Below are positions 26,052 to 36,132 of a DNA stretch of 53,018 nt, piece after piece (the stretch's first letter is position 1; each line of letters opens with the position of its first letter). The position numbers and the translations under genes are program-made. The stretch covers positions 1 to 53,018 of the forward strand of contig LFCK01000003.1 of the NCBI GenBank assembly GCA_001189095.1. Reading direction: 5' to 3'. Under the pieces are notes generated by a model. That model was not told the DNA's origin, made no database searches, and was given only the letters and a program-made list of their open reading frames with translations. This stretch comes from Parcubacteria bacterium C7867-001 (lineage in GTDB: Bacteria; Patescibacteriota; Minisyncoccia; Phycocordibacterales; Phycocordibacteraceae).

Positions 26052-26792
26052 TTAGGAGAAGAGACGTCCGGCCCTCACTCGCTTGCGCCATACGTTCATA
26101 TTATTGAGAAACTCGAAAATATGCTTCATGCGTACGGTTGACTTCCCCTCAAGACGCGGATAGTACTCGATACCGAGCTGCTCCACCCTACGTCCGAGCT
26201 TTTCCGCCTTTATCACGAGTTCCGCATCAATAAAGAAGTCATTCGATTCAAGACGTGCCTCTTCGTAGAGAGCTCGAGTGAAGATCTTCGGGCTTGCGTT
26301 GATGTCGATCGAGCGCAGTCGGAACATAAGCTTGAAGAGTGTATTGAAAACGAAACTTATGACAACCCGCTGAAGACCTTCATTCATGCGATGTAGACGT
26401 ATCGCCTTATAGAGGTCAGCTCCGTTATTTTCGAGAAGCGCGAACATGCGCACCAAATCCTCCGGCTTCTCCTGATTGTCCGAACGAATGATGCCGATAT
26501 ACTTCCCTGTCGATGCGGCGAGCCCTTTGCGCACCGCACGGCCGTAGCCACGCGTCGGCTCGGAGAGCAATTTGAGCTGCGGCATCTCGTGCATAAACGA
26601 CGAGATCACCGCATCAGTGTTGTCCGTCGATGCATTATTAACGAAAAGCACTTCATAGGAGTTCCCTGTCGCGTCAAATGCGTGCTTCAGGCGTGGGATG
26701 AGTACTTTTAGGTTCTCAGCTTCGTTCAATCCCGGGACGATGATGGAGTACTCAGGTTGCATGGACCAGTGATGTTCGGGTGAGCATATCAC
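26052..26792 (-). CDS. GT2 glycosyltransferase, polyprenyl-phosphate sugar synthase type (GtrB/ArnC/DPM-like)
   Basis: YSIIVPGLNEAENL...LFVNNASTDNT...RGYGRAVRKG is the typical GT2 bactoprenol-sugar synthase pattern. ATG at 26762 (MQPEYSIIVP) is an alternative start. Confidence 0.75.
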   Translation of the reverse strand: MICSPEHHWSMQPEYSIIVPGLNEAENLKVLIPRLKHAFDATGNSYEVLFVNNASTDNTDAVISSFMHEMPQLKLLSEPTRGYGRAVRKGLAASTGKYIGIIRSDNQEKPEDLVRMFALLENNGADLYKAIRLHRMNEGLQRVVISFVFNTLFKLMFRLRSIDINASPKIFTRALYEEARLESNDFFIDAELVIKAEKLGRRVEQLGIEYYPRLEGKSTVRMKHIFEFLNNMNVWRKRVRAGRLFS

Positions 26793-26805
26793 GCTTCACG
26801 AGACC

Positions 26806-27288
26806 CTACAATTTGGACCCTGAACGAGACCCCTTAAAGGTTATGTAGTAATTTGCGAGGAACGAGAGAAAGGCGACGAAAACCACAATTGCACCCTGCG
26901 CCGCAACATAGTACCAGCCACCGAAAAAGTCGACACCGAGCGCTTCAGCTCCAAGCTTCGCAAGATGAATAAGTCCGGTCGAAATACCGAGATTGCCGAG
27001 CGCAATGCCGAAGTACGTCGCGAATTGTAAGTGAATTCTATCGTGCGTCGTATCCTTGAACGTCCAGTACTTCTGAATCCCAAACGTCGTGAGGAGCGCA
27101 AACCCAAGCGCGACTGCCGATCCGAGAAGGTAGTGGGCTGCGAGCCCAAGAATCGATATCCAAACGTAGAATGCGCCGACCTGCACAACAATACCGCATA
27201 CTCCGGCGACTCCGTACCGAATAATGAGAAGTATCCGCTCTCGGTCTAATCCAAGACGGCGAATGAGTGCAATCGAAGCGGAAATCAT
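26806..27288 (-). CDS. GtrA-family small membrane protein (lipid-linked sugar translocation)
   Basis: 160 aa, 4 TM helices, IIRYGVAGVCGIVVQVGAFYVW...FGIQKYWTF is GtrA-like. Confidence 0.75.
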   Translation of the reverse strand: MISASIALIRRLGLDRERILLIIRYGVAGVCGIVVQVGAFYVWISILGLAAHYLLGSAVALGFALLTTFGIQKYWTFKDTTHDRIHLQFATYFGIALGNLGISTGLIHLAKLGAEALGVDFFGGWYYVAAQGAIVVFVAFLSFLANYYITFKGSRSGSKL

Positions 27289-29000
27289 GGAAGTTCGTAC
27301 ACTACAATACCATTCGCCTCGTATCTCTTGTTGAGTCCGGAGACGCGATCGATGCGCCAGTCGGGATTTTTCACCGTATCCCAGACAATATAGTCGATGC
27401 GCATCCCAGCTACCGCACCCTCGAACGTTCCGGCACGGATATTTTCGGAAGACGATGCGAGACGGAAAAGTTCCTGCTCGCGGACTTTCTCCGTATCAAC
27501 CCGCGCTAGACCGAGAAGCGAACGAACTTTGTTCAGCTGCGACTCGTGTTGCGCATGTGCGATGAACGCAAGACCAAACACATCGGCCTCAGTCGCCCGC
27601 AATTCTTCGTAGCCGAAGACACCGTCCAAGTAGTGGGAAGCAAGATACCGCTGCTCAACCTCGGTTTGAGGCATGTACGACAGGAACGCGTAGGGCGCCC
27701 ACAGAACATTGTCCCGCGTATACGCTGGAATGTAAGTGCTCAGTTCCGGATTTGCGTACACGACTTCGTCAGTCACGGTATTCGCTTCAAGCCAGGTAAG
27801 CACCGGTCCGTACCGCTGCGCAGCACTGTCCGATGGCTGTGGTGTTGCAAGCCGGTTCATAGCGGGAACCGCCTGAAGTCCCGCATACACAACTGCAAAG
27901 GCAAAAAACACATATGAGAGTGTGGCGGCATGCTTGCCGAGGTAATTTTTCACAAGCGGTGGGAGCGCAAGTGCGAGTGCGAAAGCGCAGGTGAAATAAA
28001 TGAATGTCGTGTAGTGGACTGTATAGAAATAATTAATTCCTGTAATGACCTGCTGATTAATCGCGATAGCACCAGCAAGAGCAGCACCTCCGACAACAAT
28101 CGCATCGGAAGCCGGAACCACACGTTTACGCAACGCAAGGAAAAGAATGACGACGGTTCCCGCAACAAGAGCCGTAAGCATTGGTCCTGACGGCATATGG
28201 CTTTGTATCGCGCCGAACCGCGCGACTGATTCGTGATAGAACGGCAACTGCATCACCGCGTGCCAGTCGAGAAGATACGGAAGTCCTATGATTCCAGCGA
28301 CGAACAGCCCTCCAAACAGCCGCAGACTACTGGTCCGCTCACCCAAAAGGAATGCTCCCGCACCCATCAGCCCAACCATGATGACCCAGTACGTCCAGTA
28401 AAAAGGATAGACATAGAACAACAAGCCGCCGAGAACTGCTGACGCAAGAAACAGGTTACGTCTCTTCATACGGAGCGCCGCAAGCAAGAGAAGGATGCTT
28501 ACCAAAAGAAGGACGAACAGCTGCGGATTAGGGCTTCGCAAGAACGGAACGAACACCAGTCCCGGATCAAGAAGTATTGCGACACCAAGCGACAATAGTC
28601 GATTGCGCGTAAGTGTGTAAACAATCGCGTACGAAAGAAAAACAATCAGGAATGGAAATACGAACTGCGAAATGAGTACTCCCGCTCGCAGACTACCAAA
28701 AAGCAGCCCGAGCTTTGCGAGAAGCATGTCAGGAATCCAGAACTGAACACCCGGTGCCGCCTTACGCTCCGCAAGGTACGCACTCCCGAGCGTGGGGTGG
28801 CCATCCACCGTCTCATGCGCCCGCGCGAGATAGTAGATCTGATCGTCTATAACGAGCGGATGAATGTTCTGGAAAACCGGACCCATACGCACTTCTGCGA
28901 TAAGTTGCGGAACCACGGTGCAAAGACCAACTACCACTGCAATACCAATTGCAGGCGCATGACGAACTATGGTACGCACGGAGAAAAAATGTGGTTCCAT
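27285..29000 (-). CDS. Polytopic membrane protein, candidate GT-C-fold glycosyltransferase, paralogue B
   Basis: 571 aa, many TM helices plus a ~170-aa C-terminal soluble domain. First-loop motif VIDDQIYYLARAH parallels IADEQYYVGG of 24398..26047. Confidence 0.5.
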   Translation of the reverse strand: MEPHFFSVRTIVRHAPAIGIAVVVGLCTVVPQLIAEVRMGPVFQNIHPLVIDDQIYYLARAHETVDGHPTLGSAYLAERKAAPGVQFWIPDMLLAKLGLLFGSLRAGVLISQFVFPFLIVFLSYAIVYTLTRNRLLSLGVAILLDPGLVFVPFLRSPNPQLFVLLLVSILLLLAALRMKRRNLFLASAVLGGLLFYVYPFYWTYWVIMVGLMGAGAFLLGERTSSLRLFGGLFVAGIIGLPYLLDWHAVMQLPFYHESVARFGAIQSHMPSGPMLTALVAGTVVILFLALRKRVVPASDAIVVGGAALAGAIAINQQVITGINYFYTVHYTTFIYFTCAFALALALPPLVKNYLGKHAATLSYVFFAFAVVYAGLQAVPAMNRLATPQPSDSAAQRYGPVLTWLEANTVTDEVVYANPELSTYIPAYTRDNVLWAPYAFLSYMPQTEVEQRYLASHYLDGVFGYEELRATEADVFGLAFIAHAQHESQLNKVRSLLGLARVDTEKVREQELFRLASSSENIRAGTFEGAVAGMRIDYIVWDTVKNPDWRIDRVSGLNKRYEANGIVVYELP

Positions 29001-30094
29001 TATTCAATTTCAGAAAGGATATGTTCGGCCCGAGCGGTCCAGCTATAACGAGTGACATTCTTTTGTGCCGCACTGGCGCGAGCACGAGCTTCTTCAGGAT
29101 GAGCAAGAACGTAGCGCACCGTCGCTGCAAACGACGCCGGATCATCCGCTTTTGCAAAGAACGTATTGGACTCCGAAAGCACCTCCCGCAACGACGGGAG
29201 GTCGGACGCAACAATCGGCTTCCCCGAAGCCATGTACGAGAAGAGCTTGAGTGGCGACGTATATTTAGCGGAAATGGCTTCCTTGCCGCTATTCGGAAGG
29301 ATAAGCACATCAGCAATCTGCTGATTATTCGCTAGCTCTCGGTATGGTTGAAATGGAATAAAGGTCACGTGCGGATATTCAACCGCAAGACGCTTCTCCG
29401 CCCCATCATGGGCACCAATAACAACCGTACGCACTTCGGGCATGAGCGCTGCGGCTGCATACAGTGTTTCGACGCCTTTCCACGTATCGAGAATTCCGAT
29501 ATACAGCGCTACCGGCTTATCAGAAGGAATGCCGAGACGCTTACGAGCAAGATCGCTCGACTCAGGACGCTCGAAGTCTCCGAGAGAGACACCGTCAGGC
29601 GCAACGACCAACTTCTCGCGAGGAATGCCCGATACTACGACGTCATCCGCAAGACCTTGTGATATGCATACAACCGCCCGCGAACGAATGAGCGAGTGGC
29701 GAGCACGACGCACGGCATCCGTCTGCGAATGAAGCTCGAACACTGTCTTTGTGAGATCTCCGAGCGCGAACAATTCACGCGTGTAGAGTAGGTCGTAAGC
29801 AGTGCACAGAAGATAGCAGCGTGCGACAACAAGGAATGAAAAAGTGCGTAGCCAGAACAACATCTTCCCTTGCGAACCCGGGTTCACATCGACACAAGGA
29901 AGTTTAACGATTCGAAAGTTCGAACGTACGCCCGCATAGGTGAACGGATCCTCGCCGCTTGTGCGACCGCGCTGCGGAATAGCGAGCGTAACGTCGTGAC
30001 CTGCGTCAGCGAACGCTTCGCACATTTTCATGATCTGAATAACATGAGCCCACTCATCCGGAACACGGGCAGTAGAAAGATAAACGAGTTTCAT
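29000..30094 (-). CDS. GT4-family glycosyltransferase
   Basis: 364 aa, GT-B pattern (MKLVYLS..., C-terminal E-x7-E-like region PLKLFSYMASGKPIVASD). Confidence 0.75.
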   Translation of the reverse strand: MKLVYLSTARVPDEWAHVIQIMKMCEAFADAGHDVTLAIPQRGRTSGEDPFTYAGVRSNFRIVKLPCVDVNPGSQGKMLFWLRTFSFLVVARCYLLCTAYDLLYTRELFALGDLTKTVFELHSQTDAVRRARHSLIRSRAVVCISQGLADDVVVSGIPREKLVVAPDGVSLGDFERPESSDLARKRLGIPSDKPVALYIGILDTWKGVETLYAAAALMPEVRTVVIGAHDGAEKRLAVEYPHVTFIPFQPYRELANNQQIADVLILPNSGKEAISAKYTSPLKLFSYMASGKPIVASDLPSLREVLSESNTFFAKADDPASFAATVRYVLAHPEEARARASAAQKNVTRYSWTARAEHILSEIE

Positions 30095-30192
30095 AGCTTG
30101 CGAGAAAATCTGTCCAAATAGATCTATACGCGGATGCGTTCCTATGCGGGCAGGATAGAGATACTCAATCTGCTCGTACAGGAGACCATAGG

Positions 30193-31194
30193 TTACATGT
30201 GTTTCAAAAACTGTTCAGAGTGCTTGGTCGGATTTTGATATTTTTCCATATCCGCGTCGACCATCATCTGGACCAATTCTCCGAACGTTACTTTTGGTTT
30301 CCAACCGAGCTTCTCGCGCGCCTTGGTCGCGTCACCAAGCAAGCTTGGTACTTCGAGCGGACGCTTGAACTCGTCTTTGACCTTTACATAATCGCGATAG
30401 TTGAGACCGACACGAGAGAACGCCGCCTCGCAGAATTCGCGAACCGAGTGGCACTCTCCGGTCGCAACGACATAATCGTCACCTTGTGACTGCTGCAGCA
30501 TAAGCCACATCGCCTCGACATAATCACCAGCGAATCCCCAATCGCGGTGCGCATCGAGGTTTCCGAGATTGAGCTCTTTGCTGTACCCCATCTTGATACG
30601 TGCAACTGTGTCTGTGATTTTCTTGGTAACAAAATCGACGCCGCGTATCGGTGATTCATGATTAAAGAGAATTCCTGAAGATGCATGCATCTTGTAACCG
30701 GTACGATAATTCCCCGTTACCCAGTGGCCATAGAGTTTTGCTGCCGCATACGGACTTTGCGGGCGAAACATAGAATCCTCGTTGTGCGGCGGCGGTGTCG
30801 CACCGTACATCTCGGAGGTCGATGCCTGATAAAAACGAATCGATGGATTATAGAAGCGAACGGAATCGAGCATGCGAGTAACGCCGAGTCCAGAAATCTC
30901 GCCGGTCGAAATAGCTTCATCAAAGGAAGCTCCCACGAAACTCTGTGCAGCGAGGTTATACACCTCATGAGGATCAGACTTCCTAAGCGCCATGAGAATC
31001 GACGTCTGATCAATAAGATCCATCGGGATCAGTTCGATATCCTTCTTCACGTCGAGATAATGGAGTCGCCAGAAATTACGCGTCGAAGTGCGACGGTATC
31101 CTCCGTACACTTTGTAGCCTTTTTCGACAAGGAGTTTCGCGAGATACGCGCCATCCTGTCCTGTAACACCGGTTATAAGGGCTCGTTTTGCCAT
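30193..31194 (-). CDS. gmd: GDP-mannose 4,6-dehydratase
   Basis: MAKRALITGVTGQDGAYLAKLLVEKGYKVYGGYRRTSTRN..., YAAAKLYGHW, GILFNHESPIRG. Confidence 0.9.
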   Translation of the reverse strand: MAKRALITGVTGQDGAYLAKLLVEKGYKVYGGYRRTSTRNFWRLHYLDVKKDIELIPMDLIDQTSILMALRKSDPHEVYNLAAQSFVGASFDEAISTGEISGLGVTRMLDSVRFYNPSIRFYQASTSEMYGATPPPHNEDSMFRPQSPYAAAKLYGHWVTGNYRTGYKMHASSGILFNHESPIRGVDFVTKKITDTVARIKMGYSKELNLGNLDAHRDWGFAGDYVEAMWLMLQQSQGDDYVVATGECHSVREFCEAAFSRVGLNYRDYVKVKDEFKRPLEVPSLLGDATKAREKLGWKPKVTFGELVQMMVDADMEKYQNPTKHSEQFLKHM

Positions 31195-31215
31195 ATGGTC
31201 CGACTATATCATTCT

Positions 31216-32010
31216 TTATCTGCGAGTAAGCCAAAAACCTCCTGACCCGCCAAACACACCCTCTTCCGACTGATAGCTCCCCTTCCAGAACGAATGAAAG
31301 GTGGTTTTTGTGCGAAGATACCCCGCAAATACCATTTCGGCGCCCGAAAAGAGCCATGCGATACGGCGAGAAAGTCGGAAAAAGAGCGAACGCAGCGTCA
31401 GGAAGCCGGTCGGTATATACAACACCCGCGAGACCCCTGCGGTTGCAAGAGTCTTGAACAGGTCTCGCCACTGCCGATCGGTGAATTGCGCGTCGAGTCG
31501 ATATATGAGTACCAGCGTTGTTGCTGCGTCGATTCGCTCGGTTACCGGTGTCCAATCACCTGAGAGGAGATCGAATGAGCGGACCTCTTCTGCTTCGAGG
31601 AACACCTTGCGGAGCAGCTCAACCGACTTAGGTGCGTATTCTGATGCAACGATCCTTAATTCTGGGATCCGCTTCTTAAGCTGATACTCGAGACCGCCCC
31701 CACCTGCGCCAACCGAAAAGATGGTCGTGATGGCGTGCCTTTTTAGGAGTGGGACGATATCGGCAGCACGCGCTCCTAAGTTTGCGTCCTGACCGTCTTT
31801 CTTAACTGAGAGTTCCGCTGCCTTTAGCCACTCTTCGCGAGTTTCTGCTATGGAAAAAGAAGGTTCCTGCTCACGTAGTGCGTCCCACGATTCTGGCGAA
31901 TCAAGTTTTCCATCCTTGAGTTTCTCTTTCCGAAAGCCAGAAGCGAATTTATGGTAGTGCGAAATAGTGAGCGGGAACGGAAGCTCGTTTAGCTGACGGA
32001 GAAAACTCAT
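31216..32010 (-). CDS. Putative class I SAM-dependent methyltransferase
   Basis: IFSVGAGGGGLEYQL (GxGxG) followed by an acidic residue (ASEYAP). Start set at MSFLRQ (ATGA overlap with the upstream stop at 32007). Weak call. Confidence 0.45.
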   Translation of the reverse strand: MSFLRQLNELPFPLTISHYHKFASGFRKEKLKDGKLDSPESWDALREQEPSFSIAETREEWLKAAELSVKKDGQDANLGARAADIVPLLKRHAITTIFSVGAGGGGLEYQLKKRIPELRIVASEYAPKSVELLRKVFLEAEEVRSFDLLSGDWTPVTERIDAATTLVLIYRLDAQFTDRQWRDLFKTLATAGVSRVLYIPTGFLTLRSLFFRLSRRIAWLFSGAEMVFAGYLRTKTTFHSFWKGSYQSEEGVFGGSGGFWLTRR

Positions 32011-33287
32011 GCGTGTAAGCGGCCTTCGACAAGGTCGGTGAACCAACCGAGTTTAATCGCTGTTGTCTTGCGTAGATCGATTGTTGCTGCAAACTCCGCG
32101 CTTCGACGCCCCATTTCTTTTCGTTCTTCGAGTGACGCGTGGTAAACCTTGAGGATTGCTTCACGCACCGCAGGTAGATCATTCATGGGAACCACGTAAC
32201 CATTCTTTCCTTCGGGCACAACCTTCTTTAAGGCGCCGTTGTCGTAAACGACGACCGGAAGTCCGGTTGCCATAGCCTCCGCCAGCGCAAGATCAAATCC
32301 ACAACAACGCTGCGTGTTGGAAAGATTCGTATACAAATCCGTCGCATGATGGAGCTTCACGAGCTCGTGTTCTGAAATGCTTGAGAAAAAGAAGGCACGG
32401 TCTGCAATCCCTTCCTCTTCGGCAATCTTCTTCCATTTTGCGTTCCCTCCCTGACTGCCGCATATGACAACGCCAACGTCATACCCTTCTTTGGCAAGCT
32501 GCGCGACCGCCACCAAAAGATGATCGTGCCCCTTGCGTAGCTCGAAGGAGCCAACCGCGCTTACGAGAAACGTCTTTTCCGGAAGATTGAAATGCTTGCG
32601 GAGCTCCTCACGCGTCTCTGATACTGGCTGGCTATAGAACTCATAATCACCCGTATCCCAAAACTCCTTGAGTTTCCCTTCCGGCAGATACGCACGCATT
32701 TCAACAGAGCAGTTATCCATGCCGAGAACGAGGCTTGCCTTATTGAGAAAACCAACCCAATAACGCTTGCGTTCATCCTCATTCAAGTGACGATTCTCAC
32801 CCATCGAGAGATCGCGCACTTCAGCGTATACATCGAAAACGATTGGGATACCGCGGCGATTCGCAATCTCTGCGGCCATAAATGATTTGACGAGTACTGC
32901 TTCACCAAGAATGATATCCGGCTTGAAACGCGCATACACTCCATCGAGATAGACTCCGTATGCTGCGTACAGATAATTCTCCCGCGAAACATGAGGGCAG
33001 ATTGCTCGGTACGCTTTAAGGAGGGACACGTAGAGTGTCGGATTCGTGAGGAAATACCGCGCAAGGAAAAGTGCTTTCGCTACCTTTCCTGGCCGTTTTT
33101 CGTACTCAAAAAAGTACGTCGCCTTTGCTCCGAGATCATCTGGATTTTTTGGCTGATACGTAAAAGTGATACCGATGTCATGTCCCGCCTCGCGCCAGAG
33201 GCGCGCTGTGGCAAGAATTAATTTCGGGACCCCCGCGTACGGCGGCGGCATGCTGTTCCCTGTTGTTCCAGTGATGAGAATGCGCAT
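32007..33287 (-). CDS. GT4-family glycosyltransferase
   Basis: 426 aa, GT-B pattern. C-terminal half contains GFDLALAEAMATGLPVVVYDNGA. Confidence 0.75.
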   Translation of the reverse strand: MRILITGTTGNSMPPPYAGVPKLILATARLWREAGHDIGITFTYQPKNPDDLGAKATYFFEYEKRPGKVAKALFLARYFLTNPTLYVSLLKAYRAICPHVSRENYLYAAYGVYLDGVYARFKPDIILGEAVLVKSFMAAEIANRRGIPIVFDVYAEVRDLSMGENRHLNEDERKRYWVGFLNKASLVLGMDNCSVEMRAYLPEGKLKEFWDTGDYEFYSQPVSETREELRKHFNLPEKTFLVSAVGSFELRKGHDHLLVAVAQLAKEGYDVGVVICGSQGGNAKWKKIAEEEGIADRAFFFSSISEHELVKLHHATDLYTNLSNTQRCCGFDLALAEAMATGLPVVVYDNGALKKVVPEGKNGYVVPMNDLPAVREAILKVYHASLEERKEMGRRSAEFAATIDLRKTTAIKLGWFTDLVEGRLHA

Positions 33288-33289
33288 GA

Positions 33290-34411
33290 TTAAGAAAGTT
33301 CAGCGGCAACTTCTTTCATCTGAGCAACGACGTATGCCTGCTCTTCTTCTGAAATGTCAGTCCCGCTTGGAATATAGAACCCGTCGCGACCCGCAGCACT
33401 TGCAACCGGACAGTCCTCTGGCTTCGTGAGTCCGCGCTCAATGAATATCTTCTGATCGTTAAACGGAATGAACGCTTCACGCGTCTCGACCCCCCGCTCC
33501 TTGAGTCGTCGCATGAGTTCTGCTCGCTTCCCCGACAATGAACCTGTAAGCACGATATGGAACATCCAGTACATATTCTTCGCATATGGTTTCTCGATCG
33601 GAAGCCTAAAGCCGGAAACACCCTTTAAATGTTCAAGGTAGTACGCTCCCATCGCACGCTTCCGTGCGAGCGTGTCATCAATATGATCCATCTGACCAAC
33701 GCCGACCGCAGCCTGCAGATTCGTCATACGGTAGTTATAGCCAATGTCCTGATGCATGAATTTATTTTCCTTTCCGAAGGCAAGCTCTTTCAAAAGTCGA
33801 ACGCGCGCGGCAAGTTCTGGATCGCTGGTCGTCACCATACCCCCCTCCCCAGTGGTCACTATTTTGTTCGCATAAAAACTGAAGCAGCCAATGTCACCGA
33901 GTGACCCGACCCGCTTTCCGTTATATTCCGCACCGTGCGCCTCCGCAGCGTCCTCGATAACGGCGAGTCCGTGCTTCTTCGCAATCGCAAGAATCGGATC
34001 CATATCGACCGGATGACCGTAAATGTGTACGACAATGATCGCCTTGGTCTTCGGGGTTATCTTCGCTTCAAGAAGCGCCGGGTCGATATTGAGTGTGTCT
34101 GACTCTGAGTCAACTGGAATAGGTGTAGCGCCTTGATACAGCACGGCGAAGAACGTTGCCATGTTCGTGAACGACTGCACGAGCACTTCATCTCCCGGCC
34201 CGATCTTGAGCGCAGCCACAGCAAGATGGAGTGCCGACGTGCCGCTCGATACGGTGACCGCCTCCTTCGTGCCACAAAACTCAGCGAAGCGTCGCTCAAA
34301 CTCGGGCAAGTATTTACCGAAAAACCCCGATATCTCAGTAGTATCGATGGCATCACGCACGTATTTCTTTTCAGTTTCCCCGAAAAGCGGCTTGCCGACG
34401 GGAACGTGCAT
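33290..34411 (-). CDS. DegT/DnrJ/EryC1-family sugar aminotransferase (GDP-perosamine synthase-like)
   Basis: ...VSSGTSALHLA..GDEVLV.SFT..AT...DIGCFSFYANKIVTTGEGGMV (canonical PLP Lys present). Gmd lies in the same locus. Confidence 0.8.
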   Translation of the reverse strand: MHVPVGKPLFGETEKKYVRDAIDTTEISGFFGKYLPEFERRFAEFCGTKEAVTVSSGTSALHLAVAALKIGPGDEVLVQSFTNMATFFAVLYQGATPIPVDSESDTLNIDPALLEAKITPKTKAIIVVHIYGHPVDMDPILAIAKKHGLAVIEDAAEAHGAEYNGKRVGSLGDIGCFSFYANKIVTTGEGGMVTTSDPELAARVRLLKELAFGKENKFMHQDIGYNYRMTNLQAAVGVGQMDHIDDTLARKRAMGAYYLEHLKGVSGFRLPIEKPYAKNMYWMFHIVLTGSLSGKRAELMRRLKERGVETREAFIPFNDQKIFIERGLTKPEDCPVASAAGRDGFYIPSGTDISEEEQAYVVAQMKEVAAELS

Positions 34412-34413
34412 AG

Positions 34414-34800
34414 CTAGCGGACGAGCTTCTGCTCATCGGTAAGACGAACAACGTCGTTTTCGTAGTCTTCTCCTGCGCGCGGACCCTCAGCGAAAGCAAG
34501 CGTTACGGAGTCCTCGAGGGCCCTGAGTGCATGGTGCTCACCAATTGGATGACGAACGAGATCGCCGGGACCAACTACTTCCATATGTATCTCACCGTCG
34601 AATCCGTCTCGCGAATAATTCTCCAGTCTTCCTGAAATGACATAGTCCCACTGCACCGTGTGCTCATGGTAATGATTTGCGCGTATAGCACCCTTCGTAT
34701 AGGTAATGAAGGTTACTGCATCGATTTTCTCTTTGGTAACGAGATCGCGAATCTCCCCGCGATCATCTTCAAAATTCGGTTTGGTGTGGGTAATTTCCAT
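34414..34800 (-). CDS. Cupin-fold sugar 3,4-ketoisomerase/WxcM-like protein
   Basis: FEDDRGEIRDLV...ITYTKGAIRANHYH matches the FdtA/WxcM-like motif. Start set at MEITHTK because the listed 5' extension overlaps the upstream gene. Confidence 0.6.
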   Translation of the reverse strand: MEITHTKPNFEDDRGEIRDLVTKEKIDAVTFITYTKGAIRANHYHEHTVQWDYVISGRLENYSRDGFDGEIHMEVVGPGDLVRHPIGEHHALRALEDSVTLAFAEGPRAGEDYENDVVRLTDEQKLVR

Positions 34801-34807
34801 AGATGTG

Positions 34808-36082
34808 TTAGACGATTTTCGGGACGGGGACCGGAATAATATACTTGCCGCCCTTTTCTTGGAACGCACGCGTGTTTTTTATGATTTCAGGAGCAAAATT
34901 CCACGCAAGAAGAAGTGCGTAATCCGCACCCTCGTTCACGAGCGCGTCGTCTGGAAGAATCGGGATATAGCCGCCGGGGGAAAATCGTCCGATCTTGAGC
35001 GTTGAACGCTCCGTGAGAAAGGCGAGTTCGCGCGTCGTAAGACCGCAATAATTGAGAAGAGTCATTCCCTTTGCAGGAGCTGACACGCCGACGATTTTCT
35101 TCCCCTCTTTTCGTAAACCTTCGATGAGCGTAATAAGTTGCTCACGATTATCGGCCACGCGCTTTGCGAAAACCGTAAGACCTTCGAGATCATGAAGTTT
35201 ACGTTCTTCCTCTCGTTGCAGCATTTCGGTAACACTCGCATCAATCGCATGATTTCCTTGGCGGCCGATATATACACGGAACGAACCGCCGTGAATGTCT
35301 GACTCTTCCACTGCAAATACCTCGAATCCGAACCGGAGAACAAACTTCGCAACCGGCGCGAGGGAAAGATAGGAGAGGTGCTCGTGATAAATCGTGTCGT
35401 ACTCAAGATGGTCGACGAGATTCTGGAAATAAGGCGATTCGAAAATAAATACACCTTCGGGACCGAGTAACCGCGCATTGCACTCCATGACGTGCTCGAG
35501 ATCATCGATATGTGCAAACACATTCGTGCCGACAATGACGGACGCGTGATCGTGGGCATCGGCGACCTTTTCCGCAACGGCCATGCAGTAGAAATCGCAG
35601 TAGGTCGTTACACCGGCGGCATTCGCCTTGTCGACGATATTCTGCGCCGGATCAATTCCGACGACACGCATATCCTCGGCTCGAAACGATTCGAGAAGGG
35701 TGCCTACGTTGCTGCCAATATCCACCACGAGACTGTTTTTGGGGAGCGCGAGGCGACGCACTACCTTCTGAGCAAATTCATCCCAGTGAATTTTCCCTGT
35801 CTTCGTGGTGGATGATTCATAGGGATAGTCATGCTGATACAAGACGCGCGGGTCGACAATGTGATTCAGTTGCGATAGACCACAGCTCTGACACAAGACT
35901 ACTTGAAGTGGGTACGAGACTTCTGGGAGAACCAGTTCTTCTTTCGTTCGAAACTGGTCGGCTGGCGGCGTGTGTCCTAAGTCCAAATAGAGCGCCAAAT
36001 CCTCTGATTTGCACATGCGGCATTTAGTGAGGGGCCGCGAGAGCGGCTCGATGGCTTCCCGCTGGACATCTTGATCGTTCAT
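34808..36082 (-). CDS. NDP-hexose C-methyltransferase-type enzyme (Zn-ribbon + SAM MTase + C-methyltransferase C-domain)
   Basis: CRMCKSEDLALYLDLGHTPPADQF...CQSCGLSQL is the N-terminal zinc ribbon, VVDIGSNVGTLL the SAM motif. The 424-aa length is typical of TylCIII-like enzymes. Confidence 0.7.
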   Translation of the reverse strand: MNDQDVQREAIEPLSRPLTKCRMCKSEDLALYLDLGHTPPADQFRTKEELVLPEVSYPLQVVLCQSCGLSQLNHIVDPRVLYQHDYPYESSTTKTGKIHWDEFAQKVVRRLALPKNSLVVDIGSNVGTLLESFRAEDMRVVGIDPAQNIVDKANAAGVTTYCDFYCMAVAEKVADAHDHASVIVGTNVFAHIDDLEHVMECNARLLGPEGVFIFESPYFQNLVDHLEYDTIYHEHLSYLSLAPVAKFVLRFGFEVFAVEESDIHGGSFRVYIGRQGNHAIDASVTEMLQREEERKLHDLEGLTVFAKRVADNREQLITLIEGLRKEGKKIVGVSAPAKGMTLLNYCGLTTRELAFLTERSTLKIGRFSPGGYIPILPDDALVNEGADYALLLAWNFAPEIIKNTRAFQEKGGKYIIPVPVPKIV

Positions 36083-36132
36083 AGAGGTGGGGTGTTGGGC
36101 CTAGTATAGGAAACGACGAGTTCTTGCACAAG

